Both the position numbers and the translations under genes were made by a program. Under the pieces are notes generated by a model, which worked only from the letters and a program-made list of their open reading frames with translations, was not told the origin of the DNA and did not search any database. A stretch of DNA of 64,000 bases from Phoronis australis (Eukaryota; Animalia; Phoronida), in contig NMRA01000038.1 in the NCBI GenBank assembly GCA_002633005.1, positions 80,112-144,111 of the forward strand, given 5' to 3'. Each line of letters opens with the position of its first letter. Within the stretch, counting starts at the first letter, position 1. Below, in pieces: positions 13,790-27,180 of this stretch.

Positions 13790-15031
13790 CAGTGGCGGAT
13801 CTAGGATATCACAAGGGGGCCCAACATTTTGTCCAGATGTAAGCATTTGCGCAAACTAAACCACGATTGTACATGCGCATAGCACCGAATGGGGGGGAGG
13901 TCGGGAGGGGGTTTGCCCGCTTCCCGCCCAGGAAATTTTTCTGTTTTTACCTCTAAAAATCAAGCATTTTCATTGATTCCTGAAGTATTATCCAAGAAAA
14001 AAGGCAAAAAAAAAACAAGAGAACGTGTCAAACAGGAAAACCGCAAGTACCAATGATTCGAACTCACGACCTGGCGGTTAAAGCGCGCGCGCGTTACCAC
14101 TACACCACCACGATATAACTAGTAATGTTCTACTAAGAGACCTACTTGTTTATGGTCCACAGCGTTTGCGCGCGAAACCTACTTCTTTTTGTAATGCTTA
14201 TTACACGTTTTATATTTTGTGCCATCAATTCTTAACAAATTTGTCGTATTTAAAATAGTCTTCAAATGCCCAAAAGACCAAATCTGTTTTTCGTGTTGGC
14301 AATAATGACGAGATTGCTTTGGAAACCGTCTTAAGATAAGGTTTGACAAAGAGAATATTGCGAGTTTCTGAGTGATTCACTAAGGCTTCGATTAAAATTC
14401 ACATCTTACCAGCAGCTTCTGTTTTTTCATCATCACTCAGGTTCCATTTTCTTTAAAAAATGAAGTAAATTTTCGTCATTGCACAGTGGAGCAGACGACG
14501 GAAACGGAGTCGTAGTGTGCAGCGCCACTGCCGGTCGCCTGGGATATCGCGGGAGAGCCTATACATGTACTTAGCCATAGTTCCGTTACGAATGCGCCGT
14601 GTTCCGAATTTGACANNNNNNNNNNNNNNNNNNNNNNNNNNNNNNNNNNNNNNNNNNNNNNNNNNNNNNNNNNNNNNNNNNNNNNNNNNNNNNNNNNNNN
14701 NNNNNNNNNNNNNNNNNNNNNNNNNNNNNNNNNNNNNNNNNNNNNNNNNNNNNNNNNNNNNNNNNNNNNNNNNNNNNNNNNNNNNNNNNNNNNNNNNNNN
14801 NNNNNNNNNNNNNNNNNNNNNNNNNNNNNNNNNNNNNNNNNNNNNNNNNNNNNNNNNNNNNNNNNNNNNNNNNNNNNNNNNNNNNNNNNNNNNNNNNNNN
14901 NNNNNNNNNNNNNNNNNNNNNNNNNNNNNNNNNNNNNNNNNNNNNNNNNNNNNNNNNNNNNNNNNNNNNNNNNNNNNNNNNNNNNNNGGGGGGGGGGCGG
15001 GCCCCCTGGGGCCCCCCTAAATCCGCCTATG
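13790..15031 (+). mobile_element. Non-autonomous hAT-like element, family B, copy 1 (contains N gap 14616-14987 and a tRNA-like segment at ~14047-14112)
   Basis: Ends CAGTGGCGGATCTAG ... AAATCCGCCTATG. Internal blocks are shared with 17023-17813 and, inverted, with 21483-22055. No clean TSD. Confidence 0.65.
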
Positions 15032-15046
15032 TAGTATGTGGTATAA

Positions 15047-15214
15047 ATAGATTATTACAAGTCATGTTCTCAGCCGTTATCCCCTTATTTAGAGCCCTTG
15101 TGGATTTTGTAGAATTATCACTCTCGTGGCTAACGCCTCTAGGGCGATAATTCTCCAAAATGCACTCGGGCTCTAGATAACGGGGGATAACGACTTCGCC
15201 ATGTAATAATCTAT
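15047..15214. mobile_element. Fold-back (palindromic) MITE, ~170 bp
   Basis: Matching arms: atagattattaca/tgtaataatctat, cgttatcccc/ggggataacg, tagagccc/gggctcta, agaattatc/gataattct. A right-arm-only copy lies at ~17383-17460. Confidence 0.75.
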
Positions 15215-15518
15215 GTGTACCACTGTTATGTTTTACATCGTAAAACAATGAAAACAGAATGTTAGCGCAGTTACCACTGCAGTTTACAATGATCAGTTTC
15301 AACGGCTTTGTTTACAAGCTTTCGTGAACAGGCGAGTTTGACTGAGGAAGGAGTGACAATAAAAGCCGAAGGCAAAAATGTTCGTTTATTGTGACGAGAA
15401 TTTTCAACTTTGATTACAAAATGTTCTCCAATGCATTATCATGATTTAGATTTCAAAATCTATAGTAAAGGTAAATTCATGTAAGTTATTCGGCTTATTC
15501 TTGCTGACGGAGCTAAAT

Positions 15519-15664
15519 AAGTGGCGGATTTAGAGGGGCCCAAGGGGGCCATGCCCCCCACCTAAAATTTTCCCAGATTCCATGTGGTAGTTCGGGGATG
15601 TAAATGTCTGAGGGGCAAAATCCTGGCTAATACTCAGCCCTGGCCCCCACTAACTCCGCCCCTG
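15519..15664 (+). mobile_element. Short hAT-like MITE, family C
   Basis: agtggcggatttagaggggcc...actccgcccctg; inverted relative at 45810-45968. Confidence 0.6.
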
Positions 15665-17022
15665 TAAATGCCAATCGACACTGGTAAAGTTACCGCCCCC
15701 GGTTTCAGTGAATGTTTGGCAGACAACTTTGAGAACTGTCAATTTGTAATAACATTTCACAACCACAATGTATTTTGTTTTAAAGCTCTGGTTTACACTA
15801 CATGTAATAACTTTAACGTGTCTGTCCTGACCATTATGCAAATTGGGGTGTAAACCGATATTAAAAGACCATTACCGATGAAAAAATGATTCCCTGACGT
15901 CAGCCTCAACGCGGAAGCCAATATGCAACCCCGGCGGCCGCAGTCCAACGCTCCGCTGGTGGAGAGTATTGGTTAAAGGTAATACATGTAACTTTATGAA
16001 GCCTATGCCTTCCAACAATGACCAGGCAATTTGTTTTGCGACTGTAACACGGATATTGTCTCTTCATGGTTAGGTAGGACCATACAGAAATGTCCAAATT
16101 TGGCTTAATTGGAAATATCGTGTGTACCTCAGATATGGCTTACTTGGGAACATCGTATATACCTCAGATATGGCTTTTTGGATTCATATGGAATTTTCAC
16201 ATACTATGCTTTATGCACCGTTCTCAAACTTCTGGTAAGAATTGTTTTTCAGGTGTACCAGGTTTGCATGAGAGGCTATAAAAATAGAATTTTGATGATT
16301 TTCATCAACGAAATTTAAAGTTGCACAAAATGAAAACGAAATGATATTTTGAAAAACTGTAACAGAGTTTTTGAGATTTCACCTTGCACATTTGTGTTAA
16401 ATAAAAATTGATCACGATATTGCCATCGTTGTTTTGCAATCGATGCATTAGATTCTTGTTCTTAATGTTACAAAAAGAGATGATCACGTGACCCAATCAA
16501 TGGCAGATTGGTAAAAAGTCAAAAATCAACTTCTACTGGCTTTCTACTTTCAGGCCAGTTTACCCAGTTAAAATTTATAGTTATGTAGGTATTTGGCAAA
16601 ATACTACAGAGTTGTCAGTAAGGCATTCCATAACCTTAACTTAGGGCAGACCAGTCTGATATTTCTGTTTTATTAGAGAAAACACAAATCCTGAGATACA
16701 GTCCCGTACGTAGTGGGCAAAAAGGTCCGCCACAGAGAAAAAAACACTAGAAAAGGCGAGACAAAAATCCATTAAAAACGAAGGAACTACCAAAATTCGG
16801 CGAATGCACGATTCAGAGCTATGAACGTACACGTGAATCTTAGTAAAAGTTCCACAATCACAAAAATTCCAGCCTCTCGTATTTCAGGCTGGATTCGCGC
16901 ATGTACTGACTGTAAATATATGTAACTTAAGCACGAAGTCAGTTAGTTACATGTATTTAGTGTCGGAGTATTCATCAAATAGTATTTTAATAGTTGAAAC
17001 TGGACAGTGACAGATCATGTCG

Positions 17023-17813
17023 CAATGGCGGATCTAGAATATCATAAGAGGGGGGCAACATTTTGTCTCTTAGGCAATCGCGCAAAGCGGGATTGTAGAG
17101 GCGCGTAGCGCCGAATAGGTGGACGTAGGGACGGAGGTTTCCCTCTTCAGCCCATGGAAAATTTTTGTTCTTACCTCTGAAAACAAGCATTTTCCTTGAT
17201 ATCTGAAGTACAACAAGCCCTCGACGGCTCCACTTTGACCAGGTGATTTAAAATGGAAAATTCGTAGACTTGCGCGAATTTGAACTCCAGCAGAGCGCTC
17301 GTGCTCTTCCCTTCCATCACCACACTTCCACCTACAATACAATACCGTGCTAATCGAGACATACTTGTTTATGGTGCGCAGCCCCTCGGGCGATTATTCT
17401 CCAAAATCCACTCGGGCTATATATAACGGGGGATAACGACTTTGCCATGTAATAATCTATATTTATTGCACAGTCGAGCAGACTATGGAATCCATGTGGT
17501 AGCGCGCAGAGCCACTACCGGTCGCATCTGATATCACGCGCGAGTAGGCGGCAATATTTAGCCATAGTAACCGATTGTGCTGGTGTTCTGAATCGGACAC
17601 TTCAAATCGGATCTGAGCCCCCCCCCCCACACGCACACACAAACTAAAACTCTACACATCGTCAAATATTGTTTCAGTCGTGTCATGTTAATTATTTGGG
17701 TTAATAATTAAACTCAATATTTCCACCCGCTTTTGCTGCTAAAATGGTATTTGCTGCCGCCAAGGGGGCAGGGGAGGGATCGGACCCCCTGCGTCCCTCT
17801 AAATCCGCCTATG
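17023..17813 (+). mobile_element. Non-autonomous hAT-like element, family B, copy 2
   Basis: caatggcggatctagaatatc...aaatccgcctatg; ends homologous to those of 13790-15031. Confidence 0.7.
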
Positions 17814-19950
17814 CGTGGTGAAACGTGAAAGGACCTAATGAAGGTACATGTACTAGAGGTGGACAAAAGACGCGGAGAAAAAACTCGTTGACTTCGATAA
17901 CAAAAAGCTACGCAGTTTATTGAGAACGCCTAAGCTATAAAAAGTATGGGGGTCCTGTAATTTGGTTAGCCTTCGGTACTCACAACTAGAGAGGTAGCAA
18001 TCTGACTCTGGTAGATACTGGTGCAGAGGGAACCTGTCTCAACTAAACGTGATCGTCAGTTTGAGCGAGACATGATACATGTATGTGTCATGTAATCCGG
18101 TGCTGTAAACAGCTCAAAATCAAAATTTCCTTGGCGAAAAGATTTAAAAATTATACTTAAATCATGTCGCGACAACGGGTTCCATTTTTAGGAAGGGATA
18201 AAAATATGTCGTTTCCGAACATGCGGCTTACTGTGTCTGCTTATCAAGGGCAAATTGTCCACAACGAAAACAAAACAAATCCTCATTATAACACCAACAC
18301 AAATATTTAGTTCTAGGATTTCCTATTTATGTCTTGATAAATCATCTTTAATGTTCTGGTCTGTTAGTTAATTTCCATTTCAATTAATAAACGTCATGAC
18401 TTCCTTTCTTAATTCAACTCCCCATGAATATTCGACGTAAAGCAGCTCTAGCAATTAAGGAACAAGTTGTCTCGTGTAGTTAGTTTTTAAAATAGATTTT
18501 GTAGCTCTTTAGTTTTTATACTGTTGTACTAAACATCGTGGTCGATTTTAATATAACTACGTATTCCAAATCGAAAATGACAATGGGAATATACATGTAT
18601 AGACAGTGGTTCAATCATCGTTGTCAGACTTGAGTGAGTTTTAACGAAAGCTGGGCCAAAATGGGACGACCTACTTCGTCCGTGGCTTCTTAGCTCAAAA
18701 TGAGGTGTCGGACCCACAGATAAATCATATAAGATAGATCGCTTATACATGTACATGTAAAGCGTTACACGACTAATCTGAGTGAGTTGACATAATGTGG
18801 AGTTCCAACAATGGCGTGTAAAATTTGGTGATGCACGGGACGATTTTATATTGGATGTTCCTATCTCTACTCAAATGTATGGACCCTAGCACGAAAAATT
18901 TTTAAAGAAAAAAAATTAAAATTTTATTCAGTTTAGTACAAATCAGTGAGAAATTCAAAAAGATTATCTGTGGGGATTGAATGCCACACCCCCCTTCACC
19001 CTGCACGCAGAGTCAGGTCACGTCCACCTAAGTTTCTACTGCGGATAAGACAAATTCAATCGCACTGTCTTAGTTCGCTGAAACTGCTGCCGTATTATCC
19101 AGATGGGTGAGGGCGGGATTTAGTCTGACATTGTCTGAATGGATCAAGTCTCATACGCCTTATTGAAAAGGCTGCAAAACTCAATACACTGAAACACAGG
19201 CCTACTGCCTGGTCCTTAATAATAGCTTTTCGAAATTGCCGAACTGATAATTCAGCTGTTCATATTTTTCTTTTTCTTACTTCATTTGATTGTTCATTTC
19301 TGTAATTACTTCCAAGGAAAGCTCAAACGTATGCCGATTATAATTACGCATTTAATATGTCTCCTGAAACAACGTGTACTCTGTAGTGTTTGGTTTTGCC
19401 TTGGTTGAACTGAAAGTTCCCACAATTTACAATGAAATCGGACAAGCATTGGGCAACAAGCTTGCGAACGACCAAACAGAATACATTAAGTGGACGAATA
19501 AATGGAGGCATAATTGCGTTGACTGATTCACAAATTTAATAATACTTTTATTGGTAGCCTAAAGTCTCAAGACAAATGAAGTCTGGAGAGTTGCCTCAAA
19601 ACAACAGAATTACAAATCAGACATTCTCTGTAGTTTGTCCTATTACTTCAACACCTTTAGAACAGAGGAACAATGACGCGTCGGTTCGATCTATTTCACA
19701 TTGCACCCTAATACTTGTTTGTTTATGTCAAGAGGCAAATAATGTTTGAAAATTTTTGCGATTGGCGAACTGTCACGAAATAGGCAGGGATATTCGTTGG
19801 GTATTTTCACATTTCACCCGAGACACAAAACTCTGTTAAAAAGAATTGTAGTTTGATAATAGAAAATAGGAATCCTTTGTTTCACACTGCATACGGTGTA
19901 CGATGTTCATTTGGTAACGAGTATCATGAGCTGCTTGAGATAAGTTCTTT

Positions 19951-20416
19951 CAGCCTCGTCCCCAAACCTTAAGATGGCGCAAATCGCCATTTTAGGCTTG
20001 GTTATGGGAAATGAAATGTGCCAAAATTTTAACACCTCTTTTCGGAAATTGACGGAATATCACCAGTAATATAAAGTTATATCAACTTTGAAATTTTTTG
20101 CCGTATCATATAAAACTGAAAACTTACGGTATATTGCAACAATGTAGGTCTAAATTAATACAAAAATAATTTCTATAATGATACTATTAAAGAATTTAAA
20201 ATAAGTACGCTAACAACCATTATCGCAAACAATAACCAAAACAATGTTTTCTGCTTCATGAATGGCAGCAACAACGTCTGTGAAAATAATTAAAATCTGC
20301 ATTTGTTTTAATGACGTCAGGGCAGCGGCCAATCATTGAGCAGAAGGTATTTCTCGTAACCAAGCCTCACATGGCTAAACCGATCAGCGTCATCTTAAGG
20401 CTGGGGGAGGAGGCTG
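19951..20416. mobile_element. MITE with ~60-bp TIRs and a 9-bp TSD (Mutator-like by TSD length)
   Basis: Left end cagcctcgtccccaaaccttaagatggcgc; right end reverse complement cagcctcctcccccagccttaagatgacgc. Flanks aagttcttt (19942-19950) and aagatcttt (20417-20425). Confidence 0.8.
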
Positions 20417-20873
20417 AAGATCTTTCAGCTAACTGCTCGTGCATTTTCTGGCAATAGTATTAAATCGCGTTTCTGGTGAACGACGAACCCCAGGATGGAT
20501 AGTCATTCACCATTCAAACTCAACGAAAAACTAGTAGCATAGTGAATAAAATTCCGTAGAGAGCATAGTGATATCTTCTGCCAGTTAAGGACTCGAAATT
20601 TTGTCCGATTTGTACTAGTTGTATAGAAGTTTGAAAAATTCATGTGCGGTTAATGCTAGTCGGTATGTTACCGCTGTCCGGCTGGTGGCGTTAACCATTC
20701 GATTTTTCCCTTGAACCACTCCAATTGAGTTCATCGACAATATTAACAGTGAGTTAAATTTTTGCCGTGATTAACGTTAATGCAGGCAGGAAAGTAAATG
20801 AATCTTCTCGTAATTATGAATAAACAAACACGTGACGTGTCTGTCAATAGACAGTCAGGGTGGGGTTGCCAAA

Positions 20874-21240
20874 ATGACAACTGCAAAACAAAAAATTGCC
20901 ATGAAAGGCATGAAAAAGGAAGATTATCACTTTTTCAGTCGCAAATATAAAATCAACGAAAACAAATTAAAGGAACTGCGAGAAAATTTCGAAAGAAACC
21001 GTCCAGTTGAGCAGCAAAAGTTTAAGGCCAACGAATTTGAAATGAGCGCGAAACTAGAGAGGCTGAAAAGTCTCAGCAGCAGCAGAAGGAACAGTTCATC
21101 TATGGAAAAGACTGGGCCGACAGTGACATGCACTTCTTCAGCAGATAGTCCGTCGGTCGGGACGAACGGCAGGCGACAGAGTAGGCCAATGGTAGCAAAG
21201 ATTCTATCGACACACGATGCACGTGTTCACCACGAGCCAG
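20874..21240 (+). CDS. Cluster paralog 1, exon 1 (charged/coiled-coil N-terminus); C16orf78/DUF4638-like family
   Basis: aaaATG at 20874 (MTTAKQK...). Donor CAG|gtaaac at 21240/21241, phase 1; joins 23111 in frame. Confidence 0.75.
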
Positions 21241-21482
21241 GTAAACTATGTCTTGGTTATAAACACATTTGGTATGCAAGATATACGTGTACGCATTGCG
21301 AGCCATATACTCCATCCAATGAACACATGCAATTGATGCCTCAATTCTGACACAAAAACCAACGACGAATCCGAAGTCTCATAGAACGCTGTTTACGCTC
21401 TCTAGAGCACAGGTCTCCGGCATTTGTCAGCACAACTCGAGAATTCTTTGCTTGTTTCGTCATATTCGCACCATAGATTTCT

Positions 21483-22055
21483 AGGCGGAGGCTGCAAGAA
21501 ATAAAACAGCAAAAGCGGGATAAAATATTGAGTTTATTAATTAAGCCCGGTAACTATCATTATACGGCCCAAACAAGACATGACAAAGTGTGGAGTTTTA
21601 GTTTTTGTGTGCGTGTGAGGAGGCGGCTCAGGCCCGATTTCAAGTGTCCGATTCAGACAACCGGCGCAATCGTAACGGTATCTATGGCCAAGTATATTGC
21701 CGCTCTCAGTCGATATGCTCGTGATATCCCAGACGAATGGCAGCGGCGCTGTGCAATGCCACTCCGTTTCCATCGTCTGCTCCACTGTGCAATGATTAAA
21801 ATCATTTATTTTTTCAAAGAAAACGGAAGCTGAGTGACGATGAAGAAACAGAAGCTACTAGTAAGATGTAAATCAGGTGAAAATCTAGAATCAAGTACGT
21901 TTTAGTGGCAACTTGAACATTTCCGTGCAGCGACGTCGGATTCCAAATTGCGACCTGACCAAAGTAGAGCCGTCAAGGGCTGACTATATTTCAGAAATCA
22001 AGAAAATTGCTTGTTTTCGGAGGCAAGAACAAAAATTTTCCCTGGGAAATCCCCA
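21483..22055 (-). mobile_element. Family B element, copy 3 (inverted, deleted), in the intron of paralog 1
   Basis: Blocks are reverse complements of ~17590-17750, ~14400-14520 and ~17150-17245. Confidence 0.7.
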
Positions 22056-23110
22056 CCGTTTAATAAGACCACTGCATGTTTGAGCCCCTATACATGTAGT
22101 TCTGCTCGTCACCTCGTCACAGATGAAACTACTTCATCAACATGTAGAGCTAACGAGCTGACGTTGGGTCATCCAACACGCATCATGGCCGCTACAGCCA
22201 TTTAAATGAAAAAAAAGTATAATAAATGGAAAAAAACAATAAACGTAATTTTCTTGCGCCATTCTGTGTAATAATAAGGAAAATAATGTCAGTTGAAGAC
22301 CTGAAAACGGAATGCTCGTGACACGCCTAAGCGCAATTTGCTAAAAAATTGACATCTTCAGATTAATTTGCTCAGAAATTTGGATTGCTGATATTAAAAT
22401 ATTAAGAAATAATAACGACATGAAACCAATCACGATACTTTATTGTGACATGTACATAACCTGGTGGAAGAGGAACAGTTGATTGTAGAATCGGCTAAAT
22501 GCAAGTTGGTCAATGTGTGGCGCTCTAGCTATTTTATGGCGTTGAAAGCCACCGCATAAGAACGCTTCACAAATTCAGCATCAGAATAATACATGTAGAT
22601 GAACGGCAGTTTCTTAGCACCGGTTGGTCTGAGTAAACCGATTAAAGTGAATCCCGTTTTTAACCAGTTAAGCAAATCAATCAGCTTTTAAAAATCTTGA
22701 TTGCCAGACAATCTGTGATTTGGAGATAATCTTTGAATTAGACACATTTTGTCTTTATTTTGGTTATCATTACACGATCAGAAAATAAATACCTTCGTGG
22801 AGTTACTTGTAAGAGTAGCAATTAAGTTAAGTCGTTTCCATCAATACGCGTATTCTGAGACATTGTACAAAAGAAGGAATATCATGTAAAAGTGGAGTTC
22901 AATGACAACAGCTTATGTATGAATACGCCAATCACTTCCCTACATGCACAAGTACTGTATATGTCAACATTTTGCTATATGGCGTTAATGGCCCATGAGT
23001 TTGAGTGGGAAACTGTACAGCGTGGTTTTGTTTTCCTTGACCTTATACAGGTTGTACTTGTTTGTGTCACAAGATCGTCTACTCATGACTATGTTATACT
23101 GCGTTTTTAG

Positions 23111-23844
23111 ACGATACATTTACAACGTTGCTGCGGTTCCTTCGTCTACCATCCACTTACGACGCAGAGTTGCCGCCAACGCAACGCGAGTATATGAAGA
23201 TGATGGGAAGAAGGCAGTCATCACCGGAAGGGTTAAACGATCTGCAAATGGAGATTGAACACTATATCGACAAGATTCGTCAAATGTTCAGTGAAGATGA
23301 ACTGGGGGTCATGTTTGTAACATTCATGGGAAAGAGACCTTACACAACGATCCTGCATGATAAACTCGAGTCCGTGTTTTCTGAAATGGCTGTCGACAAT
23401 CCATTGGTTCAAAAAAAGCTCATCGCTTTAGAACTAGTGCTAGAGAAAATACAAACCGACAAGGAGAAGACGTCATTTACCGCTGTCGATGCTCTAAATT
23501 GTAGATACTTGAGGTTAGGCAAAGCGACTGTAAAAGAACTGGAAGAAAGTTGTCGCAAACTCGGTATCGAACCAGGACTTCATGCGCATAGTGAGGGAGG
23601 GCAGCTTAACATTGTCGAAGAAGTTTTCGCCGACTTGCCGAAATTCAGTGTACATTCAAAGCCACCAAGGCACCAGGTACCCGGACACAACTCGAAGCCA
23701 AGATCAAGAAAACCTGAGTTGATGAGCGAAGTAAGCCCACATCGTGGATTGAAAAATTCATCCAGCACTGCAATGGCACATGATATAAAGCACCAAAGCC
23801 GACACTTTCTAAGCAACACCTCTTCACCTTATAAACGCATTTAG
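23111..23844 (+). CDS. Cluster paralog 1, exon 2 (whole protein ~366 aa)
   Basis: Acceptor tttttag|AC; in frame with the 238-aa ORF; contains DALNCRYLRLGKATVKELEESCRKLGIEPGLHAH. Confidence 0.85.
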
Positions 23845-25743
23845 AATGACTTAAAGACATTGCTTAAATAAGAAATATGAAACGAATAAGCAGTTATTGT
23901 CACGAATTAGTAAAACAAACGGGAACTTGGGTCGTTAGTGTAGTTTTATTCTTGGGGCAAATCACAAACGAATCAGGTTTGAACGTTATTTCTTAAGACG
24001 CTTGGTCAAATGAATCTACATATTTATTAACAAAAACTCAATTTTTGTTGAACAATAACAAAGATAAGAGAGAGATATTACGTTTATCAAAGGTTATGTG
24101 GGCCTTTCATTTTTTAATAAACATTTTTGGTACGAGTCGTTGATTTTCACCCAGTTCTTCACAATCTCACGATGATGATTTATTTTTGATGTGCAAGCTT
24201 TTCCTTCAATTTCCCCAGAAGGGCAAGGTAAATCTCTATGCTTTGTTTGAATTCGTGTCATCCAACTCGCATCAATACAGTTGCTCTTGAAGGGGATGAG
24301 ATTCGTTGCGTTAACCTTTGACCGAATTTGCTTAACGCCTAAGCTTGTACAGGTCTGTTTTGTTTTGGAGTAAGTGGTTAACATGAACTTCATTGCTTAA
24401 ACTAATAAAAGTGTTATTCCAAGCCAAGGCTTGTCACTTAGTTGAGTGCCAAGGAATCTGTTGCTGGTTGTATGAAACAGTCCCTATTAGTGACTCAACT
24501 AGCTAGCCAGGTAGATATATGAAGACAATCGGTACCACTGTGTGTTCTTCTTCCATGGATCCCAAAATTACACACAGCCAGGGGAGTTCTGCTTGTCAAC
24601 TCGCTGTGAAACCTGTATCAACATGGAAAGCTAAAGACCGGACGTGGTGCATGCAAAATCTGGGAATCAAACGACACTCACCTTGCCCGTTACAGTCGTT
24701 TAAGTGGAAAACAATCAAATAAATGTCATTTTCTTGCGTAATCCTCCGCCGCCGAAAGCCGTCGCAGAAGATCGCTCCACAACTTTAGCAACAGAATAAC
24801 GGTAGAACACCAATTTTTCCAAAACCAGAAAATAATTTTATTTACTCAAATAATTGTGTAGTTTTTAATGACACTAATTTTATGTCATATTTTATTTGGT
24901 CATTTTTATCCACATCGGCGCAAAGCTGTATATTTACTATACAGCTTTGTACTAAGGCTAGGACTCAACTAAGTTCCCTAAATGCTTTGCATATTTGTTT
25001 CGTTTATAACTTACATACAGCTGTATGTAATGTTTTTCTATCATTTTACCTTTGTTACAAGCTCCTCTTTGACTAATAATATTTTCTAATAATATAACTA
25101 AAAACTAAACCCTTAGAACAATCAAAACGATTAGGGACTTAGTCCTTGAATTAGGGGCGTTGCATGAAAAGATCCCCACTTATTTCAATAATACTGAAAA
25201 TTCGACGAAGAGTTCACTCTCGGTTTGTATCAAAGACCAATAAGAAAGGACAACCAGGATTTTCACAAGCCCACAAATATGCAGTTGATTTAGGCAACTT
25301 GGTTGAGTCCCTATTTGGGACTGTTTCATGCAGCCGAGCACTGACACTTACAGATAATGGTAACTATTTACGTGTAGCCCAGCAGCTACTGCATAAAATT
25401 GCTTGTTTTGGCAGAATCACTCTGTATATATGTATGTATATGTATAATGTAAAATTGATTGTAGAATGTAAATTACGTGTCACACTCCGTACGTCTTAAG
25501 CACCTCGACAGGCGGCGGTACGAAATAGTTGACGAGGGGGCGGGGGTGATAACGATGAACACAAGACTCGATGCGGGGGCGCATAGATGAAGACTGGTGA
25601 GGAGGTGACATCAGTGGAGGCAGTTGTAGCTAGGAACCATGCCATAACTTATTCTGAAACTTAAAAGAATGCTTACAAAGTTTCAGGACAGTTTGACATT
25701 CATTCAACCAATGTGTGAAAGTATTAATGACAACATAAGTGAG

Positions 25744-25751
25744 TGACGTCA
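25744..25751 (+). promoter_or_regulatory. Perfect CRE (TGACGTCA) 63 bp upstream of the paralog 2 ATG
   Basis: Exact palindrome; equivalent sites lie upstream of the other paralogs. Confidence 0.5.
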
Positions 25752-25806
25752 GGGAAAACTTGGTTCACGGGTTACGGGTAGAACAGGATTAAAGACAGAA
25801 AGAAAC

Positions 25807-26119
25807 ATGTCTGGGAAACCACAAAAGATTGTGAGGCGGGAGGACGATTTGAGATTTACGACAAAGGGCAGAGTTTTGAAACATCAACTGGAGGAAGTAG
25901 ACAAACAGCTGGAGAGAGAAAAAGCAACAGTTGCCCGTTCACTTAAAGATCTCAAGACTACACAGAGCTTACTTCTAGCTGAAAAAGTTGCAAATCCCAA
26001 ATGCCACAATGTGGCTTACACCAAAAGACCTGAGGTCCCAGTCGAGATTGCTGATTTGCTTGTTCGAGACTATGCACCCTTGCCACACTTTAGCGACATG
26101 TTAGAAAAGAAAAAGGAAG
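25807..26119 (+). CDS. Cluster paralog 2, exon 1
   Basis: MSGKPQK...IADLLVRDYAPLP...; donor AAG|gtatga, phase 1. Confidence 0.8.
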
Positions 26120-26349
26120 GTATGATATGATCATTTCTTCCTAATATCTGTACAGTCTGTAATTGTATCGCAGTTCTACTTATAGCTGAGGCTTCATAAT
26201 AAGGTACAAACCTAGAAAACATATTGTCTAATTCATCTATCTAAAACGGCTAGGGTTTCGTTACATTAACGTTCCCAAGATTGCATCAGATACAGTTTCT
26301 AAAGCTAAATATTTTTAGAATTATCTTAACTCTCTGTTTTGCACAACAG

Positions 26350-27017
26350 CTAAGGATATCGGTATACCAGATATACTGTTACAATACTTTTCGCTTGACC
26401 ACGAGGTACGTCCAACAGACGAATACTTGGCGACGTTTAGTCCCAATCATCTGCCACAATTTCTCCGTGGAGGGCACCATTTAATTCTTGCCAAGCACGT
26501 GACGATGTTACATATTGAAATTGTGCAATATATGAAAGACATCGAACAGAAGTTTTCAGATGACGAAATTCAAGAAATAAGCGGCTTATTGCCTTTGCAT
26601 ACATGCGCTGGAGCAGAGATATACGAAAAAATCAAGCAATTCTTCGGTTCCGATTTGATTATTAAACATCCAGTAATGCACAAAAAAGAAATTGCACTCA
26701 CCCTATTGCTTGATCAGATCGCAGCAAAAAAGTGTGGCACCGACTTCGATCTTTACGAAACCATTAACAAGAGCTACCTTCACATAAGCCACCATAATGT
26801 AGAAACGCTGACCGAACTCTGCTTAAAACGGGGTAAAATACCGCAACACATGGACTTTCATATGCCTCCTTTAATAGTGGGCAACTCGGGATCTTCAAAA
26901 AAACTTCGAAGTTCGGATAGATTGGTTGACCACGATAAAGTCAGCCCGACACTCACAGGAAAGAAGACCACAGAGCCAGCACCGACGACAACTATAAAGA
27001 AGACAAAGTACATGTAG
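26350..27017 (+). CDS. Cluster paralog 2, exon 2 (whole protein ~326 aa)
   Basis: Acceptor caacag|CT gives AKDIGIPDILLQYFSLD in frame with the 196-aa ORF; contains HPVMHKKEIAL and INKSYLHISHHNVETLTELC. Confidence 0.85.
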
Positions 27018-27180
27018 GTCATGTCCGGAGCAGGTCGTAAGTACAATATCTAAAGAAAAACATGAGGCAAAAAATTCAGCCTCAAGTACAATTTTGTGAC
27101 ATCATAGATAAACTCGTCACACTGTCAAACAAAAAGTAGTATATAAAGCTAATAACGAAAGACGCAAAAAAAAAACAAAA

